From NCBI GenBank assembly GCA_001949185.1, contig BDGG01000016.1:852277-916276 (forward strand): 64,000 nucleotides of DNA. Direction: 5' to 3'. The notes beneath the pieces were generated by a model, which was not told the origin of the DNA, ran no database searches, and saw only the letters and a list, made by a program, of their open reading frames with translations. The stretch's first letter is position 1. Each line of letters begins with the position of its first letter. Positions 52,055-64,000 of the stretch are shown one piece after another. The stretch comes from Ramazzottius varieornatus (lineage: Eukaryota > Animalia > Tardigrada). Position numbers and translations under genes: made by a program.

Positions 52055-52985
52055 GGCTAAGCTCTTCATTCAGTCGTCAACAAGGGAAAAAATCGGAGGA
52101 GAAGAGAGTACCTGCAGGAACAAGGACCACCGTGATGCAAAACTGATGATGTCATAAAGGAAGAGCAAATCAACAAAGCCAAATCAAGCGACAGACAAAT
52201 GTAGAATACGGGCTGCGCACTGCGCATCCAAAGCACTGAAGTATGCGCCGCCCAATAACCGTGTCAATCATCGCAGGCGGTACGGTACCAGTCAGCCCAT
52301 GACGCCCCAGTCTATAACGAACCGCGTGGCCTGCCATGGAGCGTATCTGCGCACAATCGGTGAGTCATCAACCTGCGCACTGTGCTGAAGCGATTACCAC
52401 ACCCGTAAAATAAAACTTCAATTTTGTCGCAAATGATCTCATACCTTGCAAATTGTCCTTTAATTCCAGGAGATCCCACCGTCCTTATCCCACCTCCCAC
52501 CCGTAATCATGAAGGAGGAACCTCGATGAGCCGAAGACGAATCGACGAGTTCAAAAGGGGAGCATCAAGTCATCGGAAGCAACGGATTTGCCTGCCACTG
52601 TGACTGATTCCGACCTCTTATCAAGCACAGATGATCCTGACGTCTGCTCGCTGACTGACGCAGAAGTCCAGTAATTGAACAATCCAACAAAACGTCAACA
52701 AAGCGATCTTCGTGTTGCAGTGCCGAACCCAAAAGGGACAGGAAGGAGCCGAGTTGACGAGAGCTGAGAATATATTAATCTTTTTTTCCAGAAAAGTTCG
52801 TCCATCAAAGATCAGATGGGCATGAGCCCTGGGTGCCGTGAGGGCAGCTCTGCGCGTGGGGGATAATGCAGTCAAGATGGCGCCTAACACCCCTTTTTCA
52901 AAAGAAAGCCGGCGCCTGGAATGGTTACCCTTTCACCAGGTCCGCAGTGTCCGGGGCTCACCTGAAACCTGCATTACCGAACATA

Positions 52986-52999
52986 CCAGCAGGTGGCGC
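52986..52999 (+). promoter_or_regulatory. CTCF-consensus-like site CCAGCAGGTGGCGC
   Basis: Matches the bilaterian CTCF core CCASYAGRKGGCRS; intergenic between divergent genes. Motif match only. Confidence 0.35.
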
Positions 53000-53800
53000 C
53001 ACAGCGATGCAGTTTCCTGAACAACTCTAACTCCTGACGTTCCCTCCTCTGGAAGTCGGCCTTTCTCGATGGCTTGACCTCTTTCTGGACTGTCCAGGGC
53101 AAGCTCACCTGTTAATGGTGCCAGTCGCCTGTCTGCAGCTTTTACCCGGCTGTAGAGCTGGTGGCTGTGGACCTACCCAGAACCCCGCGACCTCTAACGC
53201 TCCGTTGTTTTGCGAGAGGGTTCCCGTTCTCAACTGGTTTTGCGTTCCATGGTGCAGGAGGACTCTTGTTCTTTGCAATATTGCAGAGTATTTTGCCACT
53301 GTAGCTACGGTGCGCGAGCTACCACGCGTATACGTGATTTTGTAGTGGAAAGTGAAAACCCACGCACCGAGTCGCCGTCATGTGTCTCGGCGAAGACATC
53401 GAATGTTATTTTGCTTCCGGCATTATCGTGACGCATCTTTCCATATGCAGGTATGCAACGGTAAGGTGGCATGGAGCCACGACAATAAAGAAATAAGTAA
53501 AGCTTCACAACAGTTGTGTCGAGAAAATCCACCGCGGTCGAACGTGACGATCAAACTTTTGTAAGTGCTGTATTCGATTAACATCATCTATTCAATCCCC
53601 ACCAGAAGACAAAACCAGTCCTCTTTACTGTCGTGCTGAAAAATATCTGTCCTTCTATCCAGAGAGGTCAAACGGTGAATTCCGCTCGGTGATGTGAAAT
53701 CTGCCCGAAGCTGTCATCGTGTCTGCCGGAGGCAACTTTTGACTTTTGGAAAAGTTTCAACCGTATCATCAATTGATCCAAAATCTTCAGGAACGCCATC

Positions 53801-54852
53801 ATGGAAGACCCACCATACTCCACAAAGACAGAGGGAATCTACAACTATGGCAGCACAGCACAGCCAGCAAGCCTGCAGAATTCTGTCCCAGGAAGTCCAG
53901 CTAGCTACGCTCAGCGGGATGTCTATGGCGCAGGTGGATTCCCCTCCCAGCAGACAGTCCAGTCTACGAGGATCGTGGGACTCTCCCCGTTCTTCGACTG
54001 GCGGGTAGGTGCACCATATTTGAGAACCTAACCATGTTTCACGTTAAGAGCTCGTTGCTTTTGTGATTTGCAGTACTTCATGACAGTCAGTGGAATTCTC
54101 AAAGTTATCGAACTTGTAAGTATTATGCGCCAGTCAGATTAATTATGAAGCACATCTGTTGTTTGTCTCGGCTAATAGGTGATTCTTGCAGGTCTTTACC
54201 TTCATCGCCTTTGTCATTTCGGTGGCGACCTGGTCATCGCATACCTTTTACATCTACGCCAACAACGGGAGTCGAACACCCTTGTACTATCCATACGCAT
54301 ATGGTTCTTCCGTGTGGACAGACATCGTCACGTCCATCGCGTTTCTTATCACGTTGGCACTTTTAATCTTGTACCTGTTTCACCTGATCGAAAAGTATTA
54401 CCAGGTCCAGTGGCTACTTGTGGTAAGTGTAGTCTGAGCTCCAGGATGGCATAGCGGATTTTCCAGGGAAGTATGACAAAGTACATACCTTTTATCCGCA
54501 GGAATGCCTCTACTGTCTTGCTGTTGCATTTTGCCTACTAATAGCCGGAGCGGTCATGATACCGGCATATGGAGATCCCGCAAGAGGAGCCGTGGTGGTG
54601 AGTGTCTTCGTTTGCAGGGAGCTGATGTGGTGCGCTCTCTTCGTTATTATCTATGAAATGCTTGACTTTTAGTTCTTCTGCTGGGCGGCAATGGTTGTTT
54701 ACTTTGTTGATGCGTTCCTGAAGTTTCGAGCGTACCGTGCCGGCGAGGTTGCTCAAGGTATGGTTTCCTTTTCTTGTGGAACCATGCACACAAAGAACAT
54801 ACCCGTAAAAGGGTATTAATTTTGCCAATGTTATTTCATTGCAGGTATTTGA
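53801..54852 (+). CDS. MARVEL-domain (CMTM/plasmolipin-like) protein, paralog 1
   Basis: YFMTVSGILKVIEL, four hydrophobic segments, LYLFHLIEK, FFCWAAMVVYFVDAFLKF. Confidence 0.85.
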
Positions 54853-56356
54853 AAAGCTGGTGTCGTGACAGAGTTTCGTCCATGGAAGCCAGCTCAGGCT
54901 TCGGACGTTGTTCGAGCCGCTGACAAGCGATTCTTACTCTTGCATGGCCAAGCGGACTGCGGCTCGTATAATTAATTTCTCGGAGCATGTAGCATGACAG
55001 ACAATCGTTCTGTGTTACGTTTGGTGTGTCTTTGTGACCATGATTGCTCCGTCTGACTCAAGATCTTTTACTTCCATTTATTTTTTTCGGTTTAACGGAT
55101 TCAAGCGGAGTTTTCTTCGTTATGTGGGACGAACTCGCAGTACGTCTCTCGTAAAATCTGCCTTATAGTGTTGTGGTATCTCCGAAGAACTTGCCTAGTA
55201 TACGCAGCATTCGCGTTGACGAGGAAGCGGAAGTTACGGTTCTATTACATGGGCCCAGCGAGATGGGCGTGTCCATATGCCTTTCTCGCCATACATAGCC
55301 ACCGTACGCAGGCTCCAGGTACGCGCGCGTACAGTTATGATATTTAATATTTGCATAATTTACGAGTTAGTAGGTATCGATTGATTGAGTTGGTCTGCAC
55401 CTTAAGGGTGCAAGCACAAGCGTCAGTGGCGAGTTCGGATCACATCAAGCATCTCGCAGATCAAAATTACATACTGTGATCGACTTCTCTGTACGTTTCG
55501 TTTGGGTTTATGCACTGTTCATCGTCGGGGCTGACTTAGTTGGTCCTTTCCTTGAGAACGTTGTTACAGTAGTGATTTCTCTGCATTTCCCAGGCTGCTC
55601 TTCGCATTCGCGGACACTGAGCTTTTGCTGAGATCCGGAATAATCAGCGAACGATTTCACGTGAAAGGTACGGTTTCCGCAAAGTCATTTGCAACCTTCC
55701 AAGCGACAAGCGCACTGTGGTTTTATCGTCATTATCCAACGACCGGCACTATTTCCTTATTCAGCAAGATGCTGTAATCTTCTAGTTGACTTTCACAGAG
55801 TAATGCTTGTTTCTTCGAAGTTTACTCGTGCGTAATGCTTGAAGAACCGCAACCCAGCTCTTGAGTGACTCACGCATATCGATATAGTTAAGTGCGATAC
55901 TTCCTAAACGTATATGAGCGCTGAAAAATTCCCCTTGCTCAGTAATGATTGATCATCACTAATGAAGCTGAGACAAGTAAGTGTACTGCTGAGAAGACCT
56001 GGAACCCCGGAAGAGATTTAGACGAAGAGGAAACAGGATGTTTTCGGCGTTTGCCTGTCTCCGTAGGGTCAGGACCTACTCTGGTTGCGCGATGCACTCT
56101 GCGTACTTCTGGTCCAAGTTGGAAGCGGCCTGCTGGCTAGACGGAAACACTGCAAAGCCTAACTTACATATGTATCTCGACGCCATTCCGACAAGTGCTG
56201 AGATTGGCGTTTATGAGAAAGTTACAGAATTTATGGCATGAATGTCCCTCTCTATGATATGTTCTTCTATGTAACCCACTGTCACTGTCGTAGCCTTGTT
56301 TACCAGTTCTATCATCTTTTGTAGTTGTTACAGGCCGGAAGTGACGATCGTGCAGA

Positions 56357-58129
56357 ATGGATCATCCCAGCAAGCCCTATCCCAATCCCAACGTGACCAC
56401 CACCTATCCGGCTCAGAGCTACCCTTCCCAGACCTATGCGCAACAGGCTTATCCTTCAACGGCTGGCGGAGCGTCCACCTACACCACAACAACAGTGCAG
56501 CAGTCCAGAACAGTCCTCGTCAGGCCGTATTTTGATGTGAACGTAAGTGAAATTGAAAATCAATTAACTTGCGCGGTGAGGCATGACCGTCGCACCTGTA
56601 ACAACAACACCTACTCCGACTGTTTTCACTGTGTCTATCAGGCCTACGCCGTTCTGGAACCTGTAGAACCAAATAATCAAGTGCGACAGTTGATAGCACC
56701 TTACAGTGCCGCACATCGTATTGCGTTGTAGTGCCTTGGCATCCCGTAGGCTGTAACGTGCTTAAGTTCCGCAGTGACGTCGAGCGCATGTTTACGTGGG
56801 CTCAACGGTGTTTCTCAGTCCACAACGGCTGGAATACTGATGTTTCCGGTCGAATGAATTGCACGGGTCTGATTTCCTTCTTTGTTTACAGTATTTGCGA
56901 ACCCTTCCGGGACTTCTCAAGATTATCGAACTGGTAAGTGCGACTCCGCATAGTTGGGAAATCTTCCAAGTGGATCATTACACAAAAAGAAGTGAATGTT
57001 TGTCTTGTGAGAAGTGGCGAAGTTTTGTGTTATAGCAGCTTTCCCGAAGGCAACAGCTTCTCTGTTCTATTTTTAATTCTTCTAATTATTCAACCGCAGA
57101 TTCTGATGCTCATTGCCTTCATTCTTGCCGCATCTGCCTGGTCCTCCACAAGCTGGTACTGTGGTACTTCCACGTGAGTAGCAACTGTTTGAAAATCCGG
57201 CTTCCAGCAATCTCGTTGTTGTAACTTGTGCCGATTCTGTTCTTCAGATACTGCTACTACACATACGCCGCCAGTTCCGCCGGCTGGACCAAGTTCGTCA
57301 CCATCACCGGCTTCATCATTACGCTCATTTTGCTCCAGCTGTATCTGTTCCACCTCATTGAAAGATTCTACAGCGTTCCATGGCTCCAATTGGTAAAAAT
57401 ACCGCTCGAAACAAATCAGTACTGAAAATTCTAAAATGATTAAAACGGTTGTGAAGCTGAATTCGGACTGCGAGGCCGGAAAATGTGAGTTACGTAACGT
57501 GCAAGATCGTCACTTCCACTTGCGCACGCTTCTAGCTAGTAACTATGAAGACGTGCGCCACTGGAGTCGACGCCCTCTTACGTTTCGTTTGCTGGACTCT
57601 CATTTCCGAATTCTTCGCTTCGGCTAAGGAACGTCTGTTCGGTAAGGATGCTATTCGATCTTTGATGGTTTCTTTATCATTCAACAGGAAATGATTTACT
57701 GCGCCGTGGTGGCAGTTCTCTTGCTGATAGCTGGGGCGACCATGATCAACTATTCGGCTATTGACGGCACTCGGGGAGCTTGTGTTGTAAGTTAAAGCTC
57801 AAAGTTCAACGAGTCATCAGTATCCCTCCTTGTCCGACAGAACGACCTAGCTGATTTATATTACAGTTTTTCTGTTGGGCCGCCATGATCGTGTACGCCT
57901 TTGACGCCTTCCTCAAGTTTAAGTCCTTCCGAAACGGCGAACTGGCACAAGGTCTACCTTGAAAGAAACCCGGAAAACGTTTTCTATCTTCTACACTTTA
58001 GTTCTTCAGCGAATTTTATTTTCATCAAGTTCTTCCTAATTGTTCGTGCTTTTCACAGGCGTGAAACCAAGCGCTGGCATAACCACCAGTAACCCTCCCG
58101 CTCGTCCTCCGCCACCTTACCTTAGCTGA
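56357..58129 (+). CDS. MARVEL-domain protein, paralog 2, with C-terminal PPPPY
   Basis: YLRTLPGLLKIIEL, LYLFHLIERF, FFCWAAMIVYAFDAFLKF. Shares intron positions with paralog 1. Confidence 0.88.
57470..57601. repeat. Palindromic element (N27), MARVEL-2 intron
   Basis: cacttgcgca-N27-tgcgccactg. Confidence 0.8.
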
Positions 58130-58473
58130 AGCTTGAATTTCACCCCTAAGAGCCAAATCCAGCACTACTAACCGGGCGACTAACCCGGCTAGAAGCAGAA
58201 TCTTCTACGTGAAAATCTCGGTTCAATTTTTTTCTCGCAAATGGGAACAGTTCGCTAAACCAGTTTTGTAAACCATAGCCTGGTTCCCTTGTGTCACCCA
58301 AACTTCCCTGTGTTCCTGTTTATATACAGAATTAGCCTCTTACTGAACGATCAACTTCGTTGCGGTGTTGAACGGGTGTTCGTCTCAAAATTCGGTGTGT
58401 ATTTTTTCGTTGAAACAAACATAAATGTCGGCAAAGAAATAGTCACAAACGATAGAGAACTCAGGTGCGATAT

Positions 58474-58595
58474 GAGAGGCCGGTAAACAACACCTACAAG
58501 ATCGTCATCTTAAGTGGCGCACAGTCTCATTCGTGTCGGCTAGAAGAGTGCGCCACTTGAGACAGCAGTCTTGTACTTTCGTTTGCCAGTCTCCC
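58474..58595. repeat. Palindromic element (N27), intergenic
   Basis: aagtggcgca-N27-tgcgccactt. Confidence 0.9.
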
Positions 58596-59121
58596 GTATC
58601 ATAGAGGGTTGGCCTGGTTGATTGATGAAGCTTTTTCGAGATCTAGAAATTACTATTGGTCAGATTCATGGCAAAAGCGAAACCGCGGTCATGGTAGAGT
58701 TGAACTTGGCGGAATTCCACAAAGGAGGAACTGTTCTTGCGGGTTGACTAAGCAATTATGAGCGTGTGGTCAGCAGACAGATTGACCTTGCTGAGGTACA
58801 ATCAGGTTTGTTGGCTGAAGATGTTGATGAATTGTGGACATGTCGATTAGTCGACGATGGAGTAACCTCTGTAATTGTACCCGCCATCAGGCAGATCACG
58901 GTCGCAGCTGTAAACGTTGCTTGCTTATTGTATGTCCGCGCAGTTCCCCATCGAGTTAGAGATGAGTACTTGGGTACTCTGTGAGAGACCTTTCAAGATT
59001 CGCAGTTAGGTGTTACGTCGTTCGAGAGGCCTTTCTCAGGCAGTTCCTATGACGGTCATTAGCACCCTCCATGGACTGCTGGGAGCGTAAACAGTTGCTG
59101 AACGTGCCGACGACAGTGACC

Positions 59122-62100
59122 ATGATCTTCCGCTTCGTCGTATGGAATACACTGCTGTTCGCAGTCCTGGCTGGTAAGTGCCCAAGTACTGTAGATGTTT
59201 GAAATAACGGCGAACTGATCCACCCATCAACCAAAAAATTCTACCGATTGTGTTCGCTACCGACAGTACATGACTTCTATTCTTTTATTTCAGCATTTCT
59301 TGCGAGAAGTCCACTGATCCTTCCTAAAAAATTGCCAAATTTTCTACGATATTGCTAATGTTGGTGATTTGTTTAGGCAACAATAAGTTCCGCCGAGTGT
59401 GTTACTACAGTAGTTGGGCCATTTACCGCCCAACTACCGGGAAGTTCTCACCCAGCGATATCGACCCCTTCCTGTGCACCCATATTATTTACGCTTTCGG
59501 GAAACTCAACGAGGAAACATTTACCTTGGAGACATTTGATCCGTGGGCGGACTTGGATGACAACTATGGACTTGGTACGTTCCTCTCCCTTACGTTGGTC
59601 TACAAGTGTACTGTATTGCCTTCATTTAATAATCTGTAAAAATTGGAAACCAGCTTATGTTGATTTGACAGGAGGCTACAGTAAAGTAACCGGGCTTAAA
59701 CTACAAAATTCTCGGCTAAAAGTTCTCTTGTCGGTCGGAGGATGGAACGCGGGGTCGTTAGGCTTCTCCAACATGGTCTCAACAAAGTTGCGGAGAAAGA
59801 CCTTCGTGGACAGCGCCATGAAGTTCCTCCGGAAGTACAACTTCGATGGTAGGACTACCAAAAGTCTTGACACCTTGGGATGTGCTTGGATGGCTTGTTC
59901 TTCACAGGATTGGATATCAACTGGGAATTTCCGGGTCTACGTGGCGGTCGGGACTCTGACAAGGACAATTACGATTTATTTGTTCAGGTACGACACGACC
60001 GTCTTGACTTTGGACGATTGAGTCAAATAGTCCAACCACTGATTGACAAATTGACATAACTGGTGTGCCTATTGACAGGACTTTCGCGCGGCCATCGACT
60101 CAGAGACGCTTCCTACCGACAAGAGCCCGCTTCTCCTCTCAGCTGCCGTGTCGGCCAGCGAGAAAACTGTCGAGACGGCGTACAACCCATCCATCCTCAC
60201 AAAGTGCGTCATCTCTTTTTCCCCCTAATGCTGTTGTGTTCTTATACAGGTATTTCACGAGCTGGTCCCTTGTAGAAGCCTGGACTTCATTAGTATCATG
60301 TCCTACGACTTTCACGGAAGCTGGGACACGGAGGTACAACACCATAGCCCCATCTACGGACGTCATCGCGATCCGAACAGCGTAGCTGGATTTAACATGG
60401 TAACAGGTCTTTTGTACAGATGTTGTAGTTCTCAAACAAAAAAGTCCCAATAGCGTGCATTTTGAAACACTTAATTTTCACGCACGTACAGTGTTGCTAC
60501 TTTACATGTCGGACTGAAGTGTGACGCAAACGACGCGGATATATCACGTCGGTTTTCTACAATGTCACGATCAGGTATACGTTCGGTCTTGTTCTAGCGA
60601 AACAATGGTTTGTCTGTTTTAGGTGGCAGCAGTCAAGCTTTGGCTGAACAACGGCTGTCCACCGAACAAGATTGTCGTGGGTGTTCCCTTCTATGGGCGG
60701 TCCTTCACGTTGGCCGATGCACGCAACACCACTCCGGGCTCGTTGGCAGCCGGTGGCGGAGAGACAGGTCCTTTTAGTCGCGAACCCGGCTTCTTGGCCT
60801 ACTTTGAGATCTGTAGTTTGCTGATGGACAAATCCTGGACGGTTATCACAGATGTGGAGGAACGAACACCTTACGCCTTCAACGATAAAGGCCAATGGAT
60901 TGGCTATGATGACATCGACAGTGTCATCAAGAAGGTGCGGTACACCTGCCTTGTTTTCATTGTGCCATGTTCGTCCTTGAAATTTACATAAGGCTAATTT
61001 GTTGAGGGTTTTGATGACGAGGACCTGTGGTTTTTGCAGACTGTCATTGTTAGGGAATGGGGACTTGGAGGTGTCATGGTTTGGTCGGTGGATATGGATG
61101 ACTTCCGGGGACTGTGCACTTCGCAAACGTATCCTTTGCTTCGGATGATCAAACGGGTAAGCGCAGAAATCATGTAGAAAAGCGACGCACAGTGCGCGCC
61201 TAAACAACGAGGTTTACAGTGCGCTTGAAATTTACATACATTCAGCTCCTGTATACTTGACAAGAAAACGCGACAAGATTGTTTTTCCAAGTGGCGCAAG
61301 TTGACAGTGTTGTTGTCTCAGAGCGTGCGCCACTTACGGAAACGGTCTTGTCGAATTTGTTTGCCGAGGTCCCGAATAGGTATAGTACGATATTCCGTTT
61401 AGGTTGATTATGTTGGCTTTCAGTGCAGATGCATTCGAACATACGTCCAGCTTAGCTAAGAATGGTCATACCAATGTTCTGTTTCATGTAGGTCTTGGAG
61501 TATCAGCCAGTTCGAGCTCTACTTCCGGCCTACCCCATCTCTTCCGGGTTCCTCGGGTTCCCGTCCGATCGCGACCTTCGCGCACTCCCTCCAGCCACCC
61601 CATCTACACAGCCCCCTCCAGACACCGTCTCAAGCTCCATCAATCCCGTCATTATCGTGGTCAAGGCCCGTCCCGTGCAAGCTACCACACCGGAAGCCAT
61701 GGTCCAAGCTCAACCAAAGTCCTTTCTCCTTCACGAACACCAACACCAACCGCCCTCCCAGCCTCTACTCAACCCACCTCGATTAGCTGGGCAAATTCCG
61801 CAGTTCGAACACATACCGTCAGAAATAGGACCGCCCTTCCCCCCATCGCTGATGGACTTCAACGGGCTGATCAATAGTCGCCTGCAGCCGAATTTGGATC
61901 CTGGGTACGACATGGCAGTGGCGGACTCGAACAACATCATTCAGTCTATCATCACGTCGAATAATGTGGTGCCGCAAGAACGAGCGTTACCGCCGGTGCC
62001 ACGTGCGGACTTTCCTCCGATGGAGTGTCCGGGTGAAGGCTTCTTTAGGAACCCGGAAGATTGTACAAGGTAACCCTGGTAAACTCGCGCAGCCTACGTT

Positions 62101-62355
62101 GGAAATTACCTTGATAATGCGCGAGTGCAAAACATATTGCAGGTTCTATCGATGCGTTCAGGCTTTGGGATTGAGTTGGTCCGTTTTCCACTTTATGTGT
62201 CCAGCCGGACTTGTTTTCGACACAAACCATAACGTTTGGTAAGCTTTCTCCATCCTTCATTCCTTTCCAGCACGTCTTTGAGCAACGATCCCATGCTTCG
62301 ATGTTCTCTTCCCAGCAACTGGATAAACCTGGCTCCTCCTTGTCTACCCCGTTAA
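59122..62355 (+). CDS. GH18 chitinase with Pro-rich linker and C-terminal CBM14
   Basis: Signal peptide, RVCYYSSWAIYR, CTHIIYAF, KVLLSVGGW, FDG|LDINWEFP, MSYDFHG, GVMVWSVDMDDF; CBM14 CPGEGFFRNPEDCTRFYRC...CPAGLVFD...C|NW...C. Confidence 0.93.
61255..61373. repeat. Palindromic element (N27), chitinase intron
   Basis: aagtggcgca-N27-tgcgccactt. Confidence 0.9.
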
Positions 62356-63213
62356 GAAAACGGGAGATTCTCCATTTCCTCCATCTTGAAGCCAAAGAGT
62401 TTTTTCTTTATCCTTGTTCAAGTTTCATAAGAATATTACTTTTTATTGGTGATCGGCATTTTGGAAAGGACGTATAGTCCGCTATGACTCGCTGTGTCTT
62501 TGGGTACTCACCCCCAAAATATTGAATGGGAAATATGGGAGTGTCAAGAATATTCATAAGAGTGGTATAATTACCCATCTCATCCATCTTGCACTTTTGT
62601 CTTTTTTTATTATTCATGGCGGGATGCCTGACTGTGTTCGGAAGGTGATTGTTTCCTGCTGAGAGCCAAGTAACGATCACCAAAAAAACTATCTCTCAGA
62701 TACGATCGTTTCTTTTCATCAAGGACAGGTGATTGTTTTCATAATTACAGTGATGATGATCGATAGTACCCTCATTTCCCTCGACCAGGACAAGAAGCAT
62801 GTCATAGTGTTCCCTCTTTGCACAATCGCCACAATGGGTGATGCGTCACTGACTCTGGCTATTATATTGTGATTCCTATCACGTCCTCTCGTCTCCTCTG
62901 CAGGCGACCTTTTGTTCTTACCAGACTATTGCATCGTTGACTAATGCTTTATTGTCATCCATAATGGCCATTTGTTGCAAAATGATCGGTTTAACGACAT
63001 CGTTCACATGAGGAAAGGTTGTATCAGCAGAAACCAGTAAAACATTCATCCAATTTCGTTTCTTCATAACAAAATCAACGGGAAGTTATACAGGTAACAA
63101 ATAAAATACTTGAGGAATACTTACAGCAGAACTTATCGTAAAACTTGTCTGAGGTCAGGAAAGAGTAGAAATTAGAAAATACAATGGTATGAGGAACAAG
63201 GACAAGTCCAGAT

Positions 63214-64000
63214 TTAGAACATGGCTCTCATGTTATCGATCTGAGCTTTCATTCTCGCTACGTCGATTCTCAGCTGCATGTTTTCTCTTTCAAGAAGCTC
63301 AGCCCGCAGTGCAATAGCGTCTTCCTTCTGACGACGAGCATCGCGGGATCGTTTAGCCGCCTCGTTGTTCTTGCGACGTCGTTCCCAGTACGACGCATCT
63401 CTCGTCTCATCAGGAACCGAGCGAGCAGGCTTCTTCTCATCCGTCGATTCGCTAGGGTTCGGTGAACGCGAACCACTTTCTTTCGAGTCTGAACCTTGTG
63501 GAGAAGAAGTTATGCCGGAGGAGTCTGCGTGCGAAATCTTGTCTTCAGGGCGTTTCTGGTGGGAGGAAGTGACGATGGACGGTGGCGACACACGTGACGT
63601 CGTCGCGTGGTTCTCCACTGTGACGTCACGGTGTTGTTGCTGGGCTTTGCGGCTTGATTGTTTTGGTTTGCCCTGACTGGACGACACTGCTAGTGCTTGC
63701 TTCTTATTTCCGGTGGTCGTCATGGCCTCTGCCTTGCGTTTGTACTGTTGCATCATCTCTTCCGTAGGTCCGGCGTTGAACATCTGAGGAAGGAAACTCT
63801 CCAAGGACATAGCGTTAGCCATGCCCAAGTTCATGGGGAAAGCGGAGAAGCCCAGTGGCAGGGACAGCGGATCGCGCGGGTAAGCTTTGAATGGGCGAAC
63901 ATTCTTCTGCTTGCACTGACTGCTGTTGTCTGTGACGGCGTTGTTGTTGTAGCGATAGGAAGCCAGTTTCTGGTTCAACTGGAAGAAGCTGTCCAAAGGT
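63214..64000 (-). CDS. gt: giant-like PAR-bZIP transcription factor, 5' end outside the window
   Basis: [11 protein letters not shown] motif and b[44 protein letters not shown]. Confidence 0.8.
   Translation of the reverse strand, partial: PLDSFFQLNQKLASYRYNNNAVTDNSSQCKQKNVRPFKAYPRDPLSLPLGFSAFPMNLGMANAMSLESFLPQMFNAGPTEEMMQQYKRKAEAMTTTGNKKQALAVSSSQGKPKQSSRKAQQQHRDVTVENHATTSRVSPPSIVTSSHQKRPEDKISHADSSGITSSPQGSDSKESGSRSPNPSESTDEKKPARSVPDETRDASYWERRRKNNEAAKRSRDARRQKEDAIALRAELLERENMQLRIDVARMKAQIDNMRAMF

Noticed and set aside
52100-53700. ORFs in the interval between the RRM gene and MARVEL-1
   Set aside because: No homology or convincing splice structure; treated as promoter/UTR sequence.
5339-61299. 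Recurring peptides such as QVAH...CAPL/CATW and VRHL in many short ORFs
   Set aside because: They are translations of the non-coding palindrome core, not a protein family.
2057-61373. N27 palindromes as a CRISPR array or integron attC sites
   Set aside because: Copies are dispersed in eukaryotic introns and intergenic DNA, are inverted rather than direct repeats, spacers share a consensus, and no cas or integrase gene is present.
2013-61490. N27 palindromes as Introner (intron-creating) elements
   Set aside because: Splice sites lie outside the element at variable distances, and several copies are intergenic.

Overview
Gene-dense eukaryotic DNA from a compact invertebrate (probably protostome/ecdysozoan) genome, with short canonical introns of mostly about 55-75 nt. 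The taxon cannot be fixed from sequence alone. Hand-spliced genes, left to right: Cad99C/PCDH15-like cadherin (-, runs off the left edge); an unidentified micro-exon gene (-); a degenerate F-box-like gene (-); a divergent endophilin-B-like N-BAR gene, probably spliced to a ~650-aa disordered exon (+); a WSCD-family sulfotransferase (-); a PP4C pseudogene; a peflin-like penta-EF-hand gene; GTF2H4; a long-chain acyl-CoA ligase; Hmx; a Kunitz inhibitor; PHM; RAD51D; a G3BP-like RRM protein; two tandem MARVEL genes; a GH18+CBM14 chitinase; and a giant-like PAR-bZIP (5' end off the right edge). The most striking structure is non-coding: a dispersed ~120-bp imperfect palindrome at 26 scorable loci (31 units, one locus per ~2.5 kb), mostly intronic and never in coding exons. 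Its inverted core AAGTGGCGCA...TGCGCCACTT keeps an exactly 27-nt spacer in 29 of 31 units although spacer and arm sequences are heavily diverged, and it forms doublets with a ~81-bp period. That pattern looks more like a maintained, geometry-constrained DNA site than a neutrally decaying MITE, but this is inference.
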